DNA of 64,000 nt from an uncultured Clostridia bacterium (GCA_963558405.1 CAUWGC010000008.1:1-64000), one strand, 5' to 3'. Shown: positions 21,944-32,570, counted from the stretch's first letter. Translations and numbers: made by a program. The notes: generated from the sequence alone by a model not told the origin.

Positions 21944-22138
21944 ATGGATATTAATTTACTGTTTAAAATAGCAGCTATTGGAATTTTAGTAGCAGTTCTT
22001 CATCAAGTACTAGTAAGAGCAGGTAGAGAAGATCAAGCAATGATGACAACTTTAGCTGGTTTAGTAATTGTTTTAACAATGGTAATTAAAGAAATAAGCG
22101 TATTGTTTAATACTGTAAGAACTATTTTCGGATTGTAG
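21944..22138 (+). CDS. spoIIIAC: Stage III sporulation protein AC
   Basis: MDINLLFKIAAIGILVAVLHQVLVRAGREDQA. Confidence 0.93.
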   Translation: MDINLLFKIAAIGILVAVLHQVLVRAGREDQAMMTTLAGLVIVLTMVIKEISVLFNTVRTIFGL

Positions 22139-22146
22139 GTGAGAAA

Positions 22147-22533
22147 ATGGATATTGTAAAAATTATTGGCATTGGATTTATTGCTTTAATTATCATTATC
22201 CTACTAAAACAGTATAAACCAGAGTTTAGCCTATATGTATCATTATTAGCAGGAGGACTTATACTTTTAATAAGTTTTGATAAATTATTTGGAATTATAT
22301 CATTATTAAATAATTTGGCAAACAAAACAAGTCTTGGCGGAGAATTTTTAGGAATATTATTAAAAATAACTGGAATTGCAATACTAACAGAATTTGCAGT
22401 AAGTATTTGTAAAGATTCTGGAGAAAGCTCAATTGCTAATAAAATAGATATGGGAGGAAAAATATGCATGGTCGCAATATCAATTCCTGTAATTTCTGGA
22501 TTATTAAATACCATAATTGATATTCTTCCTTAA
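22147..22533 (+). CDS. spoIIIAD: Stage III sporulation protein AD
   Basis: LKQYKPEF; LLKITGIAILTEF..ICKDSGE motifs. Confidence 0.93.
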   Translation: MDIVKIIGIGFIALIIIILLKQYKPEFSLYVSLLAGGLILLISFDKLFGIISLLNNLANKTSLGGEFLGILLKITGIAILTEFAVSICKDSGESSIANKIDMGGKICMVAISIPVISGLLNTIIDILP

Positions 22534-22545
22534 AAGGAGCAAAAG

Positions 22546-23694
22546 ATGAGAGGAAAAATTGTAATTTTTTTTATACTATTTTTTCTTTTAATAGGACATG
22601 TTTCGTATGCACAATCGCAAGAGGATATTTTAGAAAGTCAGCAAAAATCTTTAAATATATCGGAGTTTACAAAAGAAGCAGAAAAGTATTCAAAAGAGGT
22701 GTTTCCAGACATAGATGTTGGAGAATTATTAAATTCTGCTATTAGTGGGAAAATAGATAATGAAAAAATATTAAATGGAGTTTTTAAATTATTAGGAATA
22801 GAAGTTAAAACATCTATTACCGTACTTGGAAGTATTTTGGTAATAGTAATAATACATAGTATATTAAAAACCATTAGTGAACATACAGGAAATCAAAGCA
22901 TTGGACAAGTTACTTATTATATTCAATATATTTTAATTGTAGGATTAATAATGAGTAATTTTGCAAGTATTGTACAAATGACAAGAGAATCGGTAAATAA
23001 TTTAGTTGGATTTAATTATACACTTATTCCACTATTAATTACATTACTACTTACAACAGGAAGTATAGTAACAGTTGGAATGATAGAGCCCGTACTACTT
23101 TTTTTAATAACATTTATAGGAAATCTTATTTCAAATGTAATTATCCCAATAGTACTTGCAGCAACAGTTTTAAGTATAGTATCTCAGCTTTCGGACAAGG
23201 TTCAAATAGATAAAATTGCAAAATTTTTTAAATCAAGTGTGGTCTGGGTACTAGGTATTGTTCTTACAATTTTTGTGGGAGTATTGTCATTAGAAGGAAC
23301 TTTAAGTAGTTCAGTAGATGGAATTACAGCAAAAACAACAAAAGCAGCTGTATCTAATTTTATTCCAGTAGTTGGAAAAGTATTAGGTGATGCAGTAGAT
23401 ACCGTTTTAGGATGTGCAAATATATTAAAAAATGCAGTAGGAATAGTTGGTGTAGTTATAATTATAAGTATATGTATACTGCCAATTTTAAAACTTGCTA
23501 CACTTACAATATTTTACCATTTAACAGCAGCACTTTGTCAGCCGATAGCAGATGGAAAAATAGTAAAATTATTAGAACAAATGGGAGATACTTTTAAAAT
23601 ACTTCTTGCAATTGTTTGTACTGTTTCTGTAATGCTTATTATTGGAGTAACAATAGTAATTAGGATTTCAAATAGCGGAATGATGTATAGGTAA
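22546..23694 (+). CDS. spoIIIAE: Stage III sporulation protein AE
   Basis: Multi-TM; DGITAKTTK..FIPVVGKVLGDA..LKNAVG motifs. Confidence 0.93.
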   Translation: MRGKIVIFFILFFLLIGHVSYAQSQEDILESQQKSLNISEFTKEAEKYSKEVFPDIDVGELLNSAISGKIDNEKILNGVFKLLGIEVKTSITVLGSILVIVIIHSILKTISEHTGNQSIGQVTYYIQYILIVGLIMSNFASIVQMTRESVNNLVGFNYTLIPLLITLLLTTGSIVTVGMIEPVLLFLITFIGNLISNVIIPIVLAATVLSIVSQLSDKVQIDKIAKFFKSSVVWVLGIVLTIFVGVLSLEGTLSSSVDGITAKTTKAAVSNFIPVVGKVLGDAVDTVLGCANILKNAVGIVGVVIIISICILPILKLATLTIFYHLTAALCQPIADGKIVKLLEQMGDTFKILLAIVCTVSVMLIIGVTIVIRISNSGMMYR

Positions 23695-23708
23695 AGAAGG
23701 GAAAAAGT

Positions 23709-24320
23709 ATGGTTGAATTTTTAAATTCCTGGGTTCAAGGTATTGTGGTTGCAATTATTATTGCCACTGTAATCGAAATGCTAGTCCCAGAAGGAAATAA
23801 TAAGAAGTATGTAAAAATAATAATTGGTATATACATAATATTTACAATTGTTTCACCAGTTATAAGCAAACTTGGAAAAAAAGAAATTGACTTTACAAAT
23901 TCAATAGATATTAGCAAATATCAAAAAGAAATAAAAAAATATTCGGTAGATACAGATAAATTTCAAAAAGAGAGTGAAAAAAGTATTCAAGATGTTTATA
24001 TAAATAATTTAAAAACAGATATGAAAAGTAAATTAGAAGAAAAAGGATATAAGGTAAATCAAATTCAAATTAGAACAGGTGCAGAAGGGGAATATATTGT
24101 AGAAGAAATAAGATTACAGTTAGAAAAAAATCAAAAAGAAGAAATAGAACAAAAACAAAATACAGTACAAATAAATATAGTAAAAATAGAAATTAGTAAA
24201 GAAGAAACAAAAGAGGATAAGCCCCAAAATAAATTAGAAGAAAAAGAGATAAAAAAAATAAAAACATATTTAACTAATGTATATGAAATTAAAGAAAAAA
24301 ATATAAAAATAAATGAATAA
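23709..24320 (+). CDS. spoIIIAF: Stage III sporulation protein AF
   Basis: WVQGIV..EMLVPEGNNKKYVK; operon position. Confidence 0.9.
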   Translation: MVEFLNSWVQGIVVAIIIATVIEMLVPEGNNKKYVKIIIGIYIIFTIVSPVISKLGKKEIDFTNSIDISKYQKEIKKYSVDTDKFQKESEKSIQDVYINNLKTDMKSKLEEKGYKVNQIQIRTGAEGEYIVEEIRLQLEKNQKEEIEQKQNTVQINIVKIEISKEETKEDKPQNKLEEKEIKKIKTYLTNVYEIKEKNIKINE

Positions 24321-24330
24321 GGAGGTAAAA

Positions 24331-24960
24331 ATGCTTAAAGAAAAAATGGAACAAGTTAAAGCTATGATAGTAAAAAGGACAGAAGGAAATACCAAAAAGA
24401 CTATAGAGAATCTTATAGTGTTTGTGATTATACTAATAATTACTATTATTGCTATTAATGTAATTTGGAAGGAGGACAATAAAAAATCATCAGAAGAAGA
24501 TGGTAGCAAAGTATTAGCAAATAATTCTTCTAATATCAAAAAAGATGAAGAACAAGAAAATTTACAAAATGAATTAGAAAGAAAACTAGAAACAATACTA
24601 TCAAAAATAGAAGGTGCAGGAAAAGTAGATGTATTAATTACATATTCGGAAAGTAGCCAAATGATACCAATATATAACGAAAATAGCACAACAAGTAAAA
24701 CCGAAGAAACAGATAAGCAAGGAGGAAACAGAAAAATAGAAGAAAATTCTACTCAAAAGGAGATTATATATAAAGAAAATTCTGGGGAGAAAGAACCTAT
24801 AACACAAAAAGTAATTAGTCCTAAAGTAGAAGGTGCAATTGTTTTAGCAGAAGGTGCAAATGATATAAATGTAAAAACTAATATAGTGCAGGCAGTAGAA
24901 GCTGTAACTGGAATTGCTACTCACAAAATACAAGTGTTTACAAGTCAAAAGACAAATTAG
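24331..24960 (+). CDS. spoIIIAG: Stage III sporulation protein AG
   Basis: LETILSKIEGAGKVDVLIT and PKVEGAIVLAEGA motifs; AAGGAGG RBS. Confidence 0.92.
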   Translation: MLKEKMEQVKAMIVKRTEGNTKKTIENLIVFVIILIITIIAINVIWKEDNKKSSEEDGSKVLANNSSNIKKDEEQENLQNELERKLETILSKIEGAGKVDVLITYSESSQMIPIYNENSTTSKTEETDKQGGNRKIEENSTQKEIIYKENSGEKEPITQKVISPKVEGAIVLAEGANDINVKTNIVQAVEAVTGIATHKIQVFTSQKTN

Positions 24961-24978
24961 AAAAAAGGAGCGAAAAAA

Positions 24979-25635
24979 ATGAAAGTTTTAAAAAGAAATC
25001 AAATTGTTATTTTTGTAATTGCATTAATGTTAGTAACAGCAGGATATCTAAATTACACTGCAAATAATGGATTTATTCCAGCAAGTTCAGGAGATATAAC
25101 AGGAGAAGATTTGGAAAAAATAGCAGGAATTGGAGATGCAACATTAGTAAGTGGAAATATTACTGAAGACAATATTGTAGAAAATTCAGAACAAGTCAAC
25201 AAGGAAGAAAAAGAAGCTAAACCACAAGAAGAAAGCACCAATAATACAGTAATAAACGAAACAATAGCGAGCAATACTAATACCACAAAAGATGACTATT
25301 TTGCAACATCAAAATTAGGAAGAGACACCATGTACTCACAAATGATAGAAAGCTATCAAAAAATATTAGAAAACGATGCTATTTCAGAAGCACAAAAAAC
25401 AATAGCATCAGAAGAAATAAAAAAAATAAACGAAACTCAAAATGCAATTATGATAGCAGAAAACTTAATAAAAACAAAAGGATTTGAAGACTGTGTAATA
25501 CTAGTAAATGACAAAAGCATTAATATAATAGTAAAAGCAGATGCATTAGAACCAGAAAAAATAGCACAAATACAAAACATAGCATCAAGAGAACTAAAAG
25601 CGGAAATTTTTGATATACATATTAGTAATAAATAG
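24979..25635 (+). CDS. spoIIIAH: Stage III sporulation protein AH
   Basis: LMLVTAGYLNY, YFATSKL, ENLIKTKGFEDCV motifs. Confidence 0.92.
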   Translation: MKVLKRNQIVIFVIALMLVTAGYLNYTANNGFIPASSGDITGEDLEKIAGIGDATLVSGNITEDNIVENSEQVNKEEKEAKPQEESTNNTVINETIASNTNTTKDDYFATSKLGRDTMYSQMIESYQKILENDAISEAQKTIASEEIKKINETQNAIMIAENLIKTKGFEDCVILVNDKSINIIVKADALEPEKIAQIQNIASRELKAEIFDIHISNK

Positions 25636-25645
25636 TGTAAAGGAC

Positions 25646-25717
25646 AGTGTCAGTAGGGACGTACCTTTTTGACATCATTTTATTGTTATGTCAAAAAGGT
25701 ACGTCCCTACTGACACT
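25646..25717. repeat. REP-like palindrome: perfect 30-bp inverted repeat with 12-nt loop
   Basis: AGTGTCAGTAGGGACGTACCTTTTTGACAT and its exact reverse complement; related copies at 32571, 33161 and 37327. Confidence 0.85.
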
Positions 25718-25808
25718 TTTCACTACAAAAATTGTTAAAAAATTAAAATTTAATGTAGCCTGTCTTTTTTGCGTATGTTTAGTGCCTGATACAAGTTAGA
25801 GGTGGGCC

Positions 25809-25937
25809 GGAATAAATAATAATTTTTTTATATTTTTATGAATCCCCATTTAAGAAAATGTAATTCACTTCGTTCAAACATTTTCTAAAACGGTCCCCAC
25901 AATTTTCAAAAAATATAAAAAAATTATTATTTATTCC
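25809..25937. repeat. Nested inverted-repeat element (MITE-like or structured RNA)
   Basis: GGAATAAATAATAATTTTTTTATATTTT pairs with AAAATATAAAAAAATTATTATTTATTCC; inner AGAAAATG/CATTTTCT stem. Confidence 0.6.
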
Positions 25938-26079
25938 AGCTTAAAATTGGGATGTAAATTTATAAAAAAATTGTTGAATTTGAACTATAGTTCATTCAAA
26001 AAGATTAAAATATAGTATAAAATGAACGAGGTAGGGAAAGATAAAGTAAAAACCTGAATAAGAAAGCGGAGGAAAAAGT

Positions 26080-27361
26080 ATGAAAAGAAAAAATGAAGGT
26101 ATAACACTAGTTGCACTAATTATAACAATAATAGTGTTAATAATATTAGCAGGAGTAACACTAAGTATGGTAGTAGGTGATAATGGAATTATCACAAAAG
26201 CAAAGGAAGCAAAGCAAAACATGTCAAATGCGACAAGCGAAGAAAAAGAATTGTTGCAAAATATGTTAAATGAGATGAATGAAGTAGAAAGTGGTATTGG
26301 AGGAGGAGAAATAGACCCACCAGGACCAACATTGCCAGAAGGATGGAATAAGGATAAAGTGGTAGATGTAGTAGAAGAAGGAGATAAAAAAGCACCAATT
26401 CCAAAAGGATATGTTGTATCAAAAGCAGATGGAGAAAAGTCAATAAGTGGTGGTTTAGTAATATATGAAGGTACAGAAGATGTAATAAACGATAATGTGG
26501 TAGAAGCCCAAAAAACAAGAAATCAATATGTGTGGATTCCAGTAGATGAAATAAATGATATGGTGATGTGTAAAAGTAAGACTGCTGATAGCCAGTGTAA
26601 TATAATAAAAGTAGATGATGTTGGTTCACCAAATGGATTTTATTTAAAATGTCAGACCCATAATTCAGAAGACCTTGCAGGAAAGATATACGATACAACT
26701 AAAACTGCTGGTAGTTCAGGAGTACCATACACATATACAATGGACTTTTCGCAAACTAATCAAAGTTACAGTGCAAATAGAAAAGAGCCTGCCGTAGTAG
26801 GTGGTGACGAAGGACAACAAGTAACATTAAATCAAATGAATAAAGATTTTGTAGAAATGGTAAAAAGCGTATATGTTTATGGTGGTTTCTATTTAGGTAG
26901 ATACGAGATAGGTGTAGGAGGAACTACTAAGAAAGAACAAACTGTATTACGTAATGATTCAGAAGCAAATAATTGGTATGGATTATATAAGACAATAAGA
27001 CATAAAGCAACTGCAGATGAAGTTGTGAATAAAGATATGATATGGCGGAAGCCAATATGACCAAGTTATCAAATTTTTAGGAGAACAAGCACAGACTGCT
27101 CATAAAGATAGACAGCCTACATCACCACAGCAATCAGGAAAAACAACAGACGTAATGAAAAACATCTATGATTTAGAAGGTAATTTTTATGAATGGACAC
27201 AAGAAGCGAGCAACACTTCCCTTCGTACTAGTCGTGGAGGCAGTTACTACAGTGCAAGCAAAAGCGTTTGGTACCCTGCGTCCAATTGGTTCAGCATCCG
27301 CTATCCGACCAGTACCGATGGTGATTATTCCAGTCGCCCAGCACTTTATGTAACGCTGTAA
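26080..27361 (+). CDS. Prepilin-leader protein with C-terminal FGE/C-type-lectin-like domain; +1 shift at CGG 27046 (~426 aa)
   Basis: EGITLVALIITIIVLIILAGV leader; GGFYLGRYE; DMIW[c]GSQYDQVIKF; NIYDLEGNFYEWT..RGGSY..SSRPALY. Confidence 0.8.
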
Positions 27362-27527
27362 AAGCTGGTAGCGATACAATAGAACGAACTCGTGTTCAAG
27401 TTAATAGAATAATTGAATAAGTCGCATATTACTTAGCGAACAAAGTACACTAATGTGGAAAATTTAATATTGGAGCTTTTGAGCATACGTAAGTATGGGC
27501 AAAAGGTACAAGGGGAAATTTGAGTGT

Positions 27528-27571
27528 AAAAACTGTGTAACTCAAAATTAAATTTGAGTTCACAGTTTTTT
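27528..27571 (+). terminator. Hairpin/terminator
   Basis: AAAAACTGTG(T)AACTCAAA..TTTGAGTTCACAGTTTTTT. Confidence 0.6.
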
Positions 27572-27692
27572 TATACTCATAGATAAATTAAAATTTACTC
27601 TTTTTTACTGAATTTTAATAAAGTTATTGTATTTATTTTAATTTATGATATATAATAATAAAAGTAAAAACTAAGGAGGTAATTAAGTAATT

Positions 27693-28835
27693 ATGGTTAA
27701 AAAAGTAGCAATTTTAGCAAATGGTGGAGATGTTTCTGGGTTTAATGCAGTTATTCGTGCAATTGTAAAATCAGCAGAAAAAAATGATATTGAGTGTTAT
27801 GGTTTTATTGATGGTTATAGAGGTCTTTTAAATAATAATTATGTTAGATTATGTACCAATAATAGTGAAAAAGCTTCTGGTATTTTACCAAAGGGTGGTT
27901 CTATTATTGGTTCTTCTACGAATGCAAATGTATTTAATTATCCAGTAGAGGAAAATGGACAAGTTGTATATAAAGATTTATCAAATATATGTGTTGATAA
28001 TATAAAAAAAGATGGTTTTGATTGTTTATTTACACTAGGAGGAGATGGAACACAAAAATCAGCAAGAGATTTTTCTTTAAGAGGAATAAATGTAATAGGT
28101 GTTCCAAAAACAATTGATAATGACGTTGCGTGTACAGATATAACATTTGGATATAACACAGCAGTATCTGTTGCAGCAGATGCTTTAGATAGACTTCATA
28201 CAACAGGAGAGACACATCATAGAATTATGGTATTAGAAGTAATGGGAAGATATGCAGGTTGGATTGCACTAGAATCTGCAATAGCAGGTGGTGCTGATAT
28301 TGCGCTAATTCCTGAGATACCATATGATATAAACTGTGCAGTAAGAAAAATTGAAGAAAGAAGAAAAATGGGAAAAGAATTTAGCATTGTAGTAGTAGCA
28401 GAAGGAGCATTTCCTAAAGGTGGAACTATTAGTGTAGAAAGTGTAAGACAAAATGGTAATGGAGTAGATAATAATAAGTTAGGTGGAGCAGGAAACAGAG
28501 TTGCTAAAGAACTAGAAAAACTAACAGGTTTAGAAGCAAGATGTACAGTATTAGGATATATGCAAAGAGGAGGATCTCCAACAGCATATGACCGTGTACT
28601 TTCTACAAAATATGGAGCAAAAGCAATGGAACTTGCAATGGAAGGAAAGTTTAATGTACTTACAGTAATAAAGAATGGAAAACTTGATGCTGTATCATTA
28701 GAAGATGTTGTAGGAGAAAACAAAGAAATAGGAGCTGTTTCAGGAAATACCAAAGAAAGTAACATTAGAAAAGTAACAATGGATCATGATTTAGTAAAAA
28801 CAGCAAAAAGTATAGGAATTTGTTTGGGAGAATAA
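27693..28835 (+). CDS. pfkA: 6-phosphofructokinase
   Basis: GGDVSGFNA, LGGDGT, PKTIDND, EVMGRYAGW, LGYMQRGG motifs. Confidence 0.92.
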   Translation: MVKKVAILANGGDVSGFNAVIRAIVKSAEKNDIECYGFIDGYRGLLNNNYVRLCTNNSEKASGILPKGGSIIGSSTNANVFNYPVEENGQVVYKDLSNICVDNIKKDGFDCLFTLGGDGTQKSARDFSLRGINVIGVPKTIDNDVACTDITFGYNTAVSVAADALDRLHTTGETHHRIMVLEVMGRYAGWIALESAIAGGADIALIPEIPYDINCAVRKIEERRKMGKEFSIVVVAEGAFPKGGTISVESVRQNGNGVDNNKLGGAGNRVAKELEKLTGLEARCTVLGYMQRGGSPTAYDRVLSTKYGAKAMELAMEGKFNVLTVIKNGKLDAVSLEDVVGENKEIGAVSGNTKESNIRKVTMDHDLVKTAKSIGICLGE

Positions 28836-28876
28836 AACTAAGCACAGATATATGATAATAGACGATAGAGAGAGCC

Positions 28877-28905
28877 TTGACAAACACAATACAATCCATT
28901 ATAAT
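28877..28905 (+). promoter_or_regulatory. Consensus sigma-A promoter of argS
   Basis: TTGACA-17 bp-TATAAT. Confidence 0.85.
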
Positions 28906-28961
28906 AATTCTGTAAAACGTTGATTAAGAGAGTATTCAATAAAAATTGTCAAAATATATTT

Positions 28962-28995
28962 ACGTCTCTGGATATGTTTCCAGAGACGTTTTTTG
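28962..28995 (+). terminator. Terminator-like hairpin in the argS leader (possible T-box remnant)
   Basis: ACGTCTCTGGA-tatgtt-TCCAGAGACGT followed by TTTTT. Confidence 0.7.
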
Positions 28996-29048
28996 AGTTA
29001 CAGTATTAATAATAACTTTAAAATATAAAAGATAAGGAGTGTATAAAA

Positions 29049-30755
29049 ATGTTAAATTTTAAACAAGAGATAGCGAGTTATATTGCAAAAGTTGTAGAAA
29101 TGGATTCAAAAGAAATACAAGATTTTATCGAAATACCAAAGGACACAAAATTAGGTGATTATGCTTTTCCATGTTTTCGTTTGGCTAAAGCTTTAAAAAA
29201 GGCACCTCCTGCTATTGCAAGTGAATTAAAGGAAAAAATTATAGTAAATCCAGATATTATAGAAAAAGTAGAAATAGTAGGTGGATATTTAAACTTTTAT
29301 CAAAATAAAAAATGCTTAGTAAAAGAAGTTTTAAACGAAATATCAGACAAAAAAGAAAATTATGGTAAACTAAAAATAGGCGAAGGAAAAAATATTGTAA
29401 TAGATTATTCTTCTCCCAATATTGCTAAACCTTTTCATATAGGACATTTGCGTTCTACTGTAATTGGAGGGGCTTTATATAATATATATAATTTTTTGGG
29501 TTATCATTCTGTTGGTGTTAACCATTTAGGCGATTGGGGAACACAGTTTGGTAAATTGATAGAAGGTTACAAAAGATGGGGAACAGAATATGATGTGGAA
29601 GCAAACCCTATTGATGAGTTAACAAAAATATATATTCGTATCAACGAAGCTTGCAAAGAAGACGAGTCTATTTTAGAAGAATGTCGTAATAATTTTAAAA
29701 AGCTAGAAGATGGAGATAGTTATTGTGTTGAACTTTGGGAAAAGTTTAGAAATTTAAGTTTAAAAGAGTTTGAAAAAGTATATGATTTACTAGGTTCAAA
29801 ATTTGATTCTTGGAATGGTGAAGCTTTTTATTCTGATAAAATGCCAGAGGTAGTAGATATATTAGAGAAAAGTGGTAAACTTGTAGAATCAGAGGGGGCA
29901 CAAATAATAGAGCTAGAAGATGCAGAAGCTCCATGCTTAATTAGAAAAAGTAATGGCTCTACAACATATGCAACAAGAGATTTGGCAGCTATTTTATATC
30001 GTGCAAGAACATATGATTTTGCAAAAGCTATTTACGTAACTTCTTATGAGCAAATTTTACATTTTAAACAAGTATTTGAAGTAGCTAAATTGTTAGGTCT
30101 AGATAAAAAATATACAGATAATTTAATACATGTTCCTTTTGGGATGGTACATTTAAAAACAGGTAAAATGTCAACAAGAGAAGGTAATATTATAAAGTTA
30201 GAAGAATTATTATCTGAATCAATTGCAAGGTCAAAAGCTATAATAGAGGAAAAAAATCCAGATTTAGAAAACAAAGAGGAAGTAGCTAAAAAAGTAGGTA
30301 TAGGGGCAGTTATTTTTAATGATTTATCTAATAGTAGAATTAAAGATGAAATTTTTGACTGGGATATTATTTTAAACTTTAATGGAGAAAGTGGACCATA
30401 CATTCAATATATTTATGTAAGAACAAAAAGTGTATTAGAAAAAGCTGGATATGTTCCTAAAATAGAAGATGTAAATTTTGATATATTAACAGATGAAGCT
30501 TCTATTAAAGTATTAAAACTTTTATATTCTTTTAGTGATACAGTAATGCAATCAGCAGATAAAAATGAACCATCTGTAATATCACACTTTTTAATAGAAC
30601 TTGCAAAAGCATATAGTATATTTTACAGTGAAAACCGTATTATGGGAGAGGAAAAAGAAAAGCAAGATGCAAGATTATATTTAACTTATGCTACAGGAAT
30701 AGTTCTAGAACAAGGAGCTAATTTATTAGGTATTAAAATGCCAGAAAAAATGTAA
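29049..30755 (+). CDS. argS: Arginine--tRNA ligase
   Basis: IDYSSPNIAKPFHIGHLRST, NHLGDWGTQFG, KMSTREG, GPYIQY motifs. Confidence 0.97.
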   Translation: MLNFKQEIASYIAKVVEMDSKEIQDFIEIPKDTKLGDYAFPCFRLAKALKKAPPAIASELKEKIIVNPDIIEKVEIVGGYLNFYQNKKCLVKEVLNEISDKKENYGKLKIGEGKNIVIDYSSPNIAKPFHIGHLRSTVIGGALYNIYNFLGYHSVGVNHLGDWGTQFGKLIEGYKRWGTEYDVEANPIDELTKIYIRINEACKEDESILEECRNNFKKLEDGDSYCVELWEKFRNLSLKEFEKVYDLLGSKFDSWNGEAFYSDKMPEVVDILEKSGKLVESEGAQIIELEDAEAPCLIRKSNGSTTYATRDLAAILYRARTYDFAKAIYVTSYEQILHFKQVFEVAKLLGLDKKYTDNLIHVPFGMVHLKTGKMSTREGNIIKLEELLSESIARSKAIIEEKNPDLENKEEVAKKVGIGAVIFNDLSNSRIKDEIFDWDIILNFNGESGPYIQYIYVRTKSVLEKAGYVPKIEDVNFDILTDEASIKVLKLLYSFSDTVMQSADKNEPSVISHFLIELAKAYSIFYSENRIMGEEKEKQDARLYLTYATGIVLEQGANLLGIKMPEKM

Positions 30756-30780
30756 TGATAAATTAAAAATAGAAGTAGAA

Positions 30781-32508
30781 TTAATTTTCTACTTCTATTT
30801 TTGGGTCTACATATAATGTTTTATTTCCAGTATAAATTACCATACCGGGTTTACTACCAGAAGGCTTTTTAACATTAGCTACAGGGCAAAAATCAACTGG
30901 TACATTAGAAGATTGTTTTGCTTTACTATAATATGCAGCTAATTTAGCACATCTTTCCAATACACTAGTAGAAGGTGTTTTACCGTCTACCTTTAGTATA
31001 ACATGGCTTCCGTGAAAATCTTTTACATGGAACCATATATCATTTTTTTTAGCAAGTTTTGTTGTTAGGTAATCATTTTGTTTATTATTTTTACCAACTA
31101 AAACTGTAAAATCTTCAATTTTATATTTATAAGGTTCACCAACTGTTATATTCATCTTTGTATTTACACGTGGATTATTTTTTATTTTTTTTACGGTATT
31201 TGTATTTTTGATGTTACTTTCTATAACATCATTTTCAACCATTTCATCATAAATTTCTTCTATTTCTTTTATATTAGAGGCTGTTTCTAACTCATAGACA
31301 ATACTTTCTAAATAATCAATTTCTTTTTTTGTTTCTTGCTTTTGTTTTTCCACTATTTCTAAGGTATTTTTTAATTTATGATATTTCTTAAAAAATGCTT
31401 TAGTGTTAGCTGAAGGTGAAATTTTATTATCTAATGGAATTGTTATCTCTTGGTTATCATAATAATTAAATACTGTAATTGAAGATGAATTTTCTTTTGG
31501 AATTTGATACAAATTAGCAGTTAAAAGTTCCCCGTAAATACGATATTTATCCATATCTTCGCACTCAGATAATTTTTGATTTATTCCATCTAATTTTTTT
31601 GAAAGTTTTTTTAATTTACCAAGAATTAGTTTTAAGACATTGTTTCGATATTGTAACAATGTATCTTTTTCTTCCTTAGAAGTATAAAAATCATCTAAAA
31701 AGAAATTAACTAAAAGAGGAGAAGCATCATGTTTTTTTTCTATAACATAATCTTTTCCATCTGAAATTGGTATTAGTTCTACTTCTTTTTTAGTAATAGA
31801 AATAATTATATTTTTTAATTCGTTATATAGTTTTTCTAAATTATCATAAGAAAAATCTGATAAATCTAATTTGCATATTAGATAATTTAATAATGACTTA
31901 TTAAGTCCAGAAAATACAGAAGAGATTTCAGAAAATGAATGTATCTCTCTTTCTTGTATAATATTATAAAACTCTAAAAAAGAAGAAACCTCTTGTAAGT
32001 CTATTTTTAAAATTGGTGGTAGAACATATTCTCTAGCAGGCAAAATATCTCTTAATGAATGTTCTTCTTTATCCAAATGACGCATACTGTCTATAATTTT
32101 ATTGTTTTCGTTTAATAAAATTATATTACTATGCTTTCCCATAAGTTCAATCATTAGTTTTTTAGTAACAATATCATTTAATTCGTTATACCCTTCAAAA
32201 GTTATTTCTGTTATACGCTCTAAACCAAAACTGTTAATAAATGTAATTTTGGTACCTATTAAATGCTTTCTAAGTAACATGCAAAAATTAGGAGCAACAA
32301 ATGGATTAGGCTTAGCATTAGTAGTAAGATGCATAAAGCATTTATCTGACGCAATATTTATAACAAGAGCATAATTTTTACCACCAGAATAAATACCAAG
32401 CAAAATTTCATTTTTAGTTGGCTCAAAAATCTTTTGCACTTTACCACCAATAAGAACACTATTTAACTCTGACACAACAGCCTTTTGAACAAAACCATCA
32501 AACGCCAT
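30781..32508 (-). CDS. rqcH: RqcH/FbpA NFACT-family ribosome quality-control protein
   Basis: MAFDG, FCMLLRKHL, ELMGKHSNIIL, VGKNNKQND, WFHVKDFHGSHV, KKPSGSKPGMVIY motifs. Confidence 0.93.
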   Translation of the reverse strand: MAFDGFVQKAVVSELNSVLIGGKVQKIFEPTKNEILLGIYSGGKNYALVINIASDKCFMHLTTNAKPNPFVAPNFCMLLRKHLIGTKITFINSFGLERITEITFEGYNELNDIVTKKLMIELMGKHSNIILLNENNKIIDSMRHLDKEEHSLRDILPAREYVLPPILKIDLQEVSSFLEFYNIIQEREIHSFSEISSVFSGLNKSLLNYLICKLDLSDFSYDNLEKLYNELKNIIISITKKEVELIPISDGKDYVIEKKHDASPLLVNFFLDDFYTSKEEKDTLLQYRNNVLKLILGKLKKLSKKLDGINQKLSECEDMDKYRIYGELLTANLYQIPKENSSSITVFNYYDNQEITIPLDNKISPSANTKAFFKKYHKLKNTLEIVEKQKQETKKEIDYLESIVYELETASNIKEIEEIYDEMVENDVIESNIKNTNTVKKIKNNPRVNTKMNITVGEPYKYKIEDFTVLVGKNNKQNDYLTTKLAKKNDIWFHVKDFHGSHVILKVDGKTPSTSVLERCAKLAAYYSKAKQSSNVPVDFCPVANVKKPSGSKPGMVIYTGNKTLYVDPKIEVEN

Positions 32509-32570
32509 AAAACAACATCTCCTAAATAAAAATATTTATTATTATATGATAAATAAGAAAAATATGCAAT

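Noticed and set aside
27476-27505. Small hairpin CTTTTGAGCATAC-gtaa-GTATGGGCAAAAG
   Set aside because: It is a single imperfect copy and cannot be assigned from this window alone.
28217-28765. Long antisense ORFs (also 26192-26698, 12445-12828, 30044-30403)
   Set aside because: They are shadows of well-supported genes on the opposite strand, with no RBS or motifs.
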